NCBI RefSeq assembly: GCF_001308265.1
Contig: NZ_CP012023.1
Coordinates: forward strand, 602,932-634,931
DNA from: Celeribacter marinus
GTDB taxonomy: Bacteria; Pseudomonadota; Alphaproteobacteria; Rhodobacterales; Rhodobacteraceae
Direction of reading: 5' to 3'
DNA: 32,000 nt
In this document: positions 27,164-32,000 of the stretch, in pieces
Layout: each line of letters opens with the position of its first letter
How positions within the stretch are numbered: the first letter of the stretch is position 1
Translations under genes and position numbers: made by a program
Notes under the pieces: model-generated
What the model saw: only the letters and a program-made list of their open reading frames with translations
The model's database searches: none
What the model was told of the DNA's origin: nothing

Positions 27164-27928
27164 CTAGACTGGCTCAACATGACAATTAGTGAGCTGTCCA
27201 CCACCAAAACCGAACCAAGCCCAATTACCAGTAACGAGATAAACGTCATCCGGTTCTGCATCTATAAGAATATCGACCACGTAACCGCCTTTTAGCAAGA
27301 TACATTCAAACCTGTGGAAGCGAGATTCGAACCGAGCATAGGGGTCAAGTATGCCATTGTGAAGCGAAACGAATTCTAAACGATCCATAAAAACCCCATA
27401 ACGATAATCGCGGTTAAAACGTGGTTTGTTCTGATCGAATACATCCCGCAATTCTCTGTAATCATCAGCTGTATACTTAACTGCTGCATCAAGAGTATCT
27501 CCATGCTCTCGAAATAAACTATATTGTCTCAAGTCACTAAAACCGGTTGACTGAAAGTCAACAAGACTTTCAAATCCAAAACGCCCATAACGCTCAAGTT
27601 CATCTAGAGAACTAAAGCCTGTTTTCTGAAAATCGGCCAACGTTTCGATTCCCTTACTGCTGTAAAGTTCGTACTCTGCAAGGGTTGAAAAGCCAGTCGC
27701 CTCAAATTCAGCCAATGTCTCGAGCCCTGACACCCGATAACGGTCATACTCTTCGAGCGTTGAAAAGCCAGTCGCCTCAAATTCCGCCATAGTTCCAATC
27801 CCATAGTTCTGGTATCGGTTCCACTCAATGATCGATGAAAAGCCACCTTCGGTTCTTACCTTTTCAAAGTAGAAAAACACAGTAGCCGACAGAGCTGCAA
27901 TGGCAGCAAAAGCAAATACCTTCTTCAT
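27164..27928 (-). CDS. Secreted or membrane-anchored tandem-repeat protein (254 aa)
   Basis: The N-terminal hydrophobic 'MKKVFAFAAIAALSATVFFYF' is followed by four 25-aa repeats (G[IL]xT[LM]AEFEATGFSTLxEYxxY...). The 75-bp DNA period is shown by an identical 26-mer at 27684-27709 and 27759-27784. Confidence 0.65.
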   Translation of the reverse strand: MKKVFAFAAIAALSATVFFYFEKVRTEGGFSSIIEWNRYQNYGIGTMAEFEATGFSTLEEYDRYRVSGLETLAEFEATGFSTLAEYELYSSKGIETLADFQKTGFSSLDELERYGRFGFESLVDFQSTGFSDLRQYSLFREHGDTLDAAVKYTADDYRELRDVFDQNKPRFNRDYRYGVFMDRLEFVSLHNGILDPYARFESRFHRFECILLKGGYVVDILIDAEPDDVYLVTGNWAWFGFGGGQLTNCHVEPV

Positions 27929-28219
27929 TTTAGTCCTTTTGGAAAATTTATAGCATCGATACCGACAAGAAACGCTACACTACTGTACAAGGCCGGTAAA
28001 AATTCACCCATCACCGACGATGGGAACCAAGTTTATATAATCGTCACGCTTTTGTTTAAAACTCATTGTCCTAGTCGACCTTGTCAACACCGTATGCAAC
28101 TCAAATCACAAAATAAACGCAGATTTGCACTCCTGCTTTTTGGGGCTTGGCCTTATTAGTCCGTCGCACTTCGAAAACCGCCATCCTATTTTTAACAATG
28201 TCTTGACCTACTCATCTAG

Positions 28220-29614
28220 TCAGCGCCTGCGTTTTGCAGCCGACTGCATCGCATCAAGCTTCCTTCGCGCCCGTTCCGCTTCCGTTGCGCCAGTCGCCGC
28301 CACGCCGCGCTGCACAGCCCTGCCCTCCGTACTCAGCAATACGTCCACGTCCATCAGCATGCCTTTGCGCACGTAATGATCATCAATTTGCTTTCGGCTC
28401 GTACCCATATTTTCAGCCAGCATGTCGTACGTTGCTAAATTGTAGCCCATGTCCCTAAAGCGTTCTTCCGCATAGTAATGCCTCAAGCTGTAAGCCGTGC
28501 GTCGATCACCATTTTCGTCATACAGCAAGCCAGCTTCTTCAAGCATTTTGGGCAAAGTTTTATAAAATCCGTTGTTCTGCTTGCCGCTTGCATCACAAAA
28601 CACCCAATCGTTTGCATCAGTATGCCCCGTAAGCTTGCAAAGCTGTTGATAATGAACGTTCAAAAAGTAATGTGATCGTACAATCCGCGTGCCCGTTTTA
28701 GTGTTTTTGGGCACAATTATCTCCAAGTACTGCTGGCCCTTATCACTTGTTTTAACTGAAATATCTTTGTGCTTAAGCTGCAAAACTTCGCCTGTGCGCA
28801 TGCCTGTTTCAGCAAGCCATGTAAGATAAAATTTGAGCAGCTGACGGTTATATTTGTGCGCCGAGTTAACCCGCTCGTCGCTTACGCCTCTGCCATCAAC
28901 CCATCGCTGCATGTAATCCTGCAACTCCATGTATTCAGCATGTGAAAACGAAGGACGCCTTTTTGCTGCAATGCCCTGCCGTACAAAAGTGTTTTCAATA
29001 ATCGGCATGTGCAAAATAAGCTTCATGCTGTTCGCCCAGCCAAATATTTCACGCAAAGCGCTCTGCTCCATGTCCATGCTTTTTTTAGCTGGTTGCAGCG
29101 CATGATTGGCGTGTCGTTTGCGCTCAGCTTCGTCCGCCCTCGCCCAATACGTCATGCGCCAGTTCCAATAACCCTGCACAAATGCATGTGTCATCTCGTC
29201 CAGCTTCATAGTGCCAAAATATGGTAGCCAGTAACGCTGTGCGTGTTTCTCGTACCACGTAACGCGTTGCGAAATTCCATTTCTGCCTTTTGCATGTTGC
29301 AATGCTTCAAGCCGTTGCCGCTTATCAGCCCACCAAATCACGTATAAATCTTCAAACGTCAGCTGTTTGACTGGCTCTTTTTTCTTAGCACGCAAGCGCA
29401 AGTCGTCGTATTTGTCCAAAGCGTACCGTCTCGCTTCTTCTAAATCGGTTTCGCCCGTACTTTCCTGTACATAGGTGACCTTGTTTCCATAAACGTCCTG
29501 CATGCCCCGTACGTGTATGCGCATGTGATAAATGGGCCGTTTTGCATGCTGACGATGAAAAAGAATGATTTGGCCGTCTTTAAGCTCGACTTTGTTCAAG
29601 TAACTTTTGCTCAT
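28220..29614 (-). CDS. int: Tyrosine-type site-specific integrase
   Basis: 464 aa. Catalytic signature: 'ETGMRTGEV' (Arg), 'AYSLRHYYA' (R-H box) and 'MGTSRKQIDDHYVR' (Tyr). It is adjacent to the island border repeats. Confidence 0.92.
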   Translation of the reverse strand: MSKSYLNKVELKDGQIILFHRQHAKRPIYHMRIHVRGMQDVYGNKVTYVQESTGETDLEEARRYALDKYDDLRLRAKKKEPVKQLTFEDLYVIWWADKRQRLEALQHAKGRNGISQRVTWYEKHAQRYWLPYFGTMKLDEMTHAFVQGYWNWRMTYWARADEAERKRHANHALQPAKKSMDMEQSALREIFGWANSMKLILHMPIIENTFVRQGIAAKRRPSFSHAEYMELQDYMQRWVDGRGVSDERVNSAHKYNRQLLKFYLTWLAETGMRTGEVLQLKHKDISVKTSDKGQQYLEIIVPKNTKTGTRIVRSHYFLNVHYQQLCKLTGHTDANDWVFCDASGKQNNGFYKTLPKMLEEAGLLYDENGDRRTAYSLRHYYAEERFRDMGYNLATYDMLAENMGTSRKQIDDHYVRKGMLMDVDVLLSTEGRAVQRGVAATGATEAERARRKLDAMQSAAKRRR

Positions 29615-29679
29615 AGCAGTGCCGCCAGTATCATTTCCTTGTAAAACTACTGTAAAAGCAGCAGCATTATCTGTCTATC

Positions 29680-29699
29680 AAATGCTTCATGTAAATAAT
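29680..29699. repeat. Perfect 20-nt direct repeat aaatgcttcatgtaaataat (right copy)
   Basis: Identical to 18404-18423. It lies 65 nt beyond the integrase start codon. Confidence 0.85.
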
Positions 29700-29714
29700 C
29701 TGTCAAACCCATAA

Positions 29715-29750
29715 ACAAAGAAAAAGCGCAGTAAAAACTGCGCTTTTCCA
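29715..29750 (-). terminator. Rho-independent terminator currently serving rpsI (island-side, AT-rich)
   Basis: aaaagcgcag (29722-29731) pairs with ctgcgctttt (29738-29747). On the minus strand the stem is followed by tttttcttt. It lies 35 nt downstream of the rpsI stop. Confidence 0.65.
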
Positions 29751-29793
29751 ATAATTTAGCATTTTCAGTATAAGCGAAAAAATTAACGCTTAG
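29743..29793. repeat. Right border repeat overlapping the functional rpsI stop (candidate attR)
   Basis: This is the partner of 18312-18353. The core attaacgcttag at 29782-29793 includes the rpsI stop codon (29783-29785) and its last three codons. Confidence 0.55.
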
Positions 29794-30268
29794 AGAACTG
29801 GAAGCTCTTACGGGCTTTTGCACGACCGAACTTTTTACGCTCAACAACGCGGCTGTCGCGTGTGATGAAGCCTGCAGCTTTCAAAGCGGCACGCAGTTCG
29901 GGGTTGTAAAGCTGAAGTGCTTTGGAGATGCCGTGCTTAACCGCGCCAGCCTGACCGGAGAGGCCACCACCTTTGACAGTTGCAACAACGTCAAACTCGC
30001 CTTCAACGCCTGCAACCTGCGATGGCTGCTTGACGATCAGCTGAAGGACGGGACGGGCAAAATAAACAGGCATATCTTTGCCGTTTACTGTGACCTTGCC
30101 GGAACCCGGCTTGATCCAAACGCGTGCAACCGCGTCTTTACGCTTGCCTGTCGCATAAGCGCGGCCAAGGGCGTCACGAACGGGTTCACGGGGGGCAGCA
30201 ACTTCGATTGTTGCTTCGCCACCGGCGACGGCATTAAGCTCGTCGAGGGATTTGATTTCATCAACCAT
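29783..30268 (-). CDS. rpsI: 30S ribosomal protein S9
   Basis: '[19 protein letters not shown]' and C-terminal 'RKSFQFSKR'. 161 aa, immediately downstream of rplM. Confidence 0.97.
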   Translation of the reverse strand: MVDEIKSLDELNAVAGGEATIEVAAPREPVRDALGRAYATGKRKDAVARVWIKPGSGKVTVNGKDMPVYFARPVLQLIVKQPSQVAGVEGEFDVVATVKGGGLSGQAGAVKHGISKALQLYNPELRAALKAAGFITRDSRVVERKKFGRAKARKSFQFSKR

Positions 30269-30270
30269 GA

Positions 30271-30735
30271 TTATGCGCTCCGAGTGTTTTTCTTGTTCAT
30301 GGACTTAACGTCCAGGACTTCGGGCTTTTGTGCCTCGTGAGGATGCTCGGTGCCTGCATAGACGCGCAGGTTTGTCATCAATTGGCGCGACAGCTTGTTG
30401 CCCGGAAGCATACGCTGAACAGCTTTGACCATGAGACGCTCGGGGTGTTTGCCCTCAAGGATCTGACCAGCTGTACGCTGCTTGATACCGCCCGGATAAC
30501 CGGTGTGCCAGTAGTGGATTTTGTCGGTGCGTTTTTTGCCCGTCATCTGCACTTTATCAGCGTTGATGATGATCACGTTGTCGCCCATGTCGATGGACGG
30601 TGTGAATGTGGCCTTGTGCTTGCCACGCAAACGCATGGCGACGATAGACGCGAGACGACCAAGAACAACGCCTTCAGCGTCGATGATGATCCATTTCTTG
30701 TCCACGTCCGCCGGAGTAGCGGTGAAAGTGTTCAT
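30271..30735 (-). CDS. rplM: 50S ribosomal protein L13
   Basis: The protein starts at Met24 of the track ORF ([30 protein letters not shown]...). 154 aa, the canonical L13 N-terminus. Confidence 0.97.
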   Translation of the reverse strand: MNTFTATPADVDKKWIIIDAEGVVLGRLASIVAMRLRGKHKATFTPSIDMGDNVIIINADKVQMTGKKRTDKIHYWHTGYPGGIKQRTAGQILEGKHPERLMVKAVQRMLPGNKLSRQLMTNLRVYAGTEHPHEAQKPEVLDVKSMNKKNTRSA

Positions 30736-30839
30736 ATTATAGCCCTTTGGGGTCGAGAATTCAGATTGGGGTGTTCTATAGGTTCTGCACGCACAGTCAA
30801 GCACCGCGAAGCTTCAATAATCCATTAAAAACAGGCACT

Positions 30840-30873
30840 TGTGAAATAGGTATTATTATACCCCAATTTCACA
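30840..30873. promoter_or_regulatory. Nested inverted repeats in the rplM / VIT divergent intergenic region
   Basis: tgtgaaat (30840-30847) pairs with atttcaca (30866-30873). These enclose ggtat (30849-30853) paired with atacc (30858-30862). A minus-strand TATAAT lies at 30855-30860. Confidence 0.3.
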
Positions 30874-30961
30874 CCCCTTTTCCCGCCACATTGCGCTCTA
30901 TCAAGCACTTTGGCGCAAAATCGTCTACACTCACGCCACTTCCCCCCTAACGGAGCCGCCC

Positions 30962-31651
30962 ATGACGCTAATCACACGGTTCACCGACCACCTCAAACAG
31001 ATCGTTTATGGCGGCAATGACGGGATTGTCACCACCTTTGCCATAGTTGCGGGCTTTGCGGGGGCCGAATCCCAAGGCGCGGCGCAGATCGGCGCGTTGG
31101 CCGTGTTGCTGTTTGGTTTGGCCAACCTGTTTGCCGATGCCGCCTCGATGGGGCTTGGTGAATTCCTGTCAGCCCGTGCCGCCCGTGATATGATCAAACG
31201 CCGCCGCGCCACATTGGCCCGTGATCCCGCGTCCCAAGTGGACGCGCTCACCGCGCACCTCAAATCGCGCGGGTTGTCCTCCCTCGACGCCACCACGATG
31301 GCATCGCTCACGGCCAAATCGCCCGAGCTGATGGCCGAGCTGACCCTGAGCCAAGTCGATGGGATTGAGGATCCGGGCCAAGGGCCGCTTTGGCCGCGCG
31401 CTCTTGTGACCTTTGTGTCGTTTGTGGTGTTCGGGGCCATTCCGCTCCTGCCCTACTTGCTCGGGCTGCCTGTTGAGACACAGACGCCTGCGGCGATCGT
31501 GGCGACATTCAGCGCGCTTGGCCTTCTTGGGGTGTTGCGCCATGTCGCGACACGTGCGGGCCTTGTGCGATGCATGGGCGAGACGATTGCGGTCGGGGGA
31601 TTATGCGCGGGCGTGGCCTATGGTGTCGGGTTGCTCGTCGCGGGCGGATAA
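30962..31651 (+). CDS. VIT1/CCC1-family (iron/manganese) transporter
   Basis: 'GGNDGIVTTFAIVAGFAGA' and C-terminal TM helices. 229 aa, with no N-terminal erythrin/ferritin-like domain. Confidence 0.85.
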   Translation: MTLITRFTDHLKQIVYGGNDGIVTTFAIVAGFAGAESQGAAQIGALAVLLFGLANLFADAASMGLGEFLSARAARDMIKRRRATLARDPASQVDALTAHLKSRGLSSLDATTMASLTAKSPELMAELTLSQVDGIEDPGQGPLWPRALVTFVSFVVFGAIPLLPYLLGLPVETQTPAAIVATFSALGLLGVLRHVATRAGLVRCMGETIAVGGLCAGVAYGVGLLVAGG

Positions 31652-31775
31652 GGCGCTGCACCGCTCGGGTGGCAATCTGGTATACAACTGTATACAGCCC
31701 CTTCCCCCTCGTCCGCGTTTACAGTATAGACATACTCAATAGATAGACACTGCCTATCCTTAAGGAGCGCACCCG

Positions 31776-32000
31776 ATGACAAAGATCAAGGTAGACAATC
31801 CAATCGTCGAAATGGACGGCGACGAGATGACCCGCATTATGTGGGCGTTCATCAAAGACAAACTGATCCTGCCCTATCTCGACCTCGACCTCCTGTATTA
31901 TGATCTCGGCATTGAATCGCGCGACGAGACGAACGACCAGATCACGATTGATGCCGCCGAAAAGACCAAAGAGGTCGGTGTGGCGGTGAAATGTGCGACC
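31776..32000 (+). CDS. icd: NADP-dependent isocitrate dehydrogenase (3' end beyond the window)
   Basis: The ATG at 31776 follows aaggag (31762-31767). Translation begins '[45 protein letters not shown]', the typical N-terminus of the homodimeric NADP-IDH family. The ORF is open to the window edge. Confidence 0.9.
   Translation, partial: MTKIKVDNPIVEMDGDEMTRIMWAFIKDKLILPYLDLDLLYYDLGIESRDETNDQITIDAAEKTKEVGVAVKCAT

Larger units (their letters stand above)
18342..29793. mobile_element. Integrative genomic island (~11.4 kb) inserted at the 3' end of rpsI
   Basis: There is an abrupt drop in GC (spot counts: 27/60 in the line starting 19021 versus 39/60 in the line starting 9001). A tyrosine integrase lies at the right end. 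The 12-nt 'attaacgcttag' is duplicated at both borders inside a ~45-50-nt imperfect homologous tract, and an inner 20-nt perfect direct repeat is present. Confidence 0.75.

Overview
The window is a high-GC chromosomal segment, by gene content alphaproteobacterial and probably Rhodobacterales-like (inference). It carries ordinary housekeeping genes: amtB (5' partial), an SRPBCC/RatA-like gene, hpt, a LysR regulator, a THUMP methyltransferase, lipA, a peroxiredoxin, guaA, two DMT transporters, a FadL-like outer-membrane protein, metA, an alpha/beta hydrolase, ppk2, a TetR regulator, rpsI-rplM, a VIT-family transporter and icd (3' partial). I found no rRNA gene, tRNA gene or CRISPR array.

This backbone is interrupted at about 18.34-29.79 kb by an AT-richer integrative island of about 11.4 kb. 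A tyrosine integrase sits at its right end. The island is bracketed by a duplicated copy of the last codons, stop codon and downstream tract of rpsI, plus an inner perfect 20-nt direct repeat. It also carries an HUH-motif Rep-like gene, a small catalytic-domain-only tyrosine recombinase, several orphan genes, a secreted tandem-repeat protein, a lyase-like lipoprotein and a remnant of a second integrase.

The most interesting content is a tightly packed three-gene operon at 24004-26705:
- a small MqsR/RelE-like putative toxin;
- an MqsA/YgiT-type zinc-ribbon + HTH antitoxin with an extra C-terminal tail;
- a 615-aa ParA/MinD-fold ATPase with a variant Walker A (KGGVGRT) fused to a TPR-like array.

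I propose this operon as a candidate undescribed tripartite toxin-antitoxin or anti-phage system. All functional calls rest on motifs read by eye from the translations, because no database search could be run.
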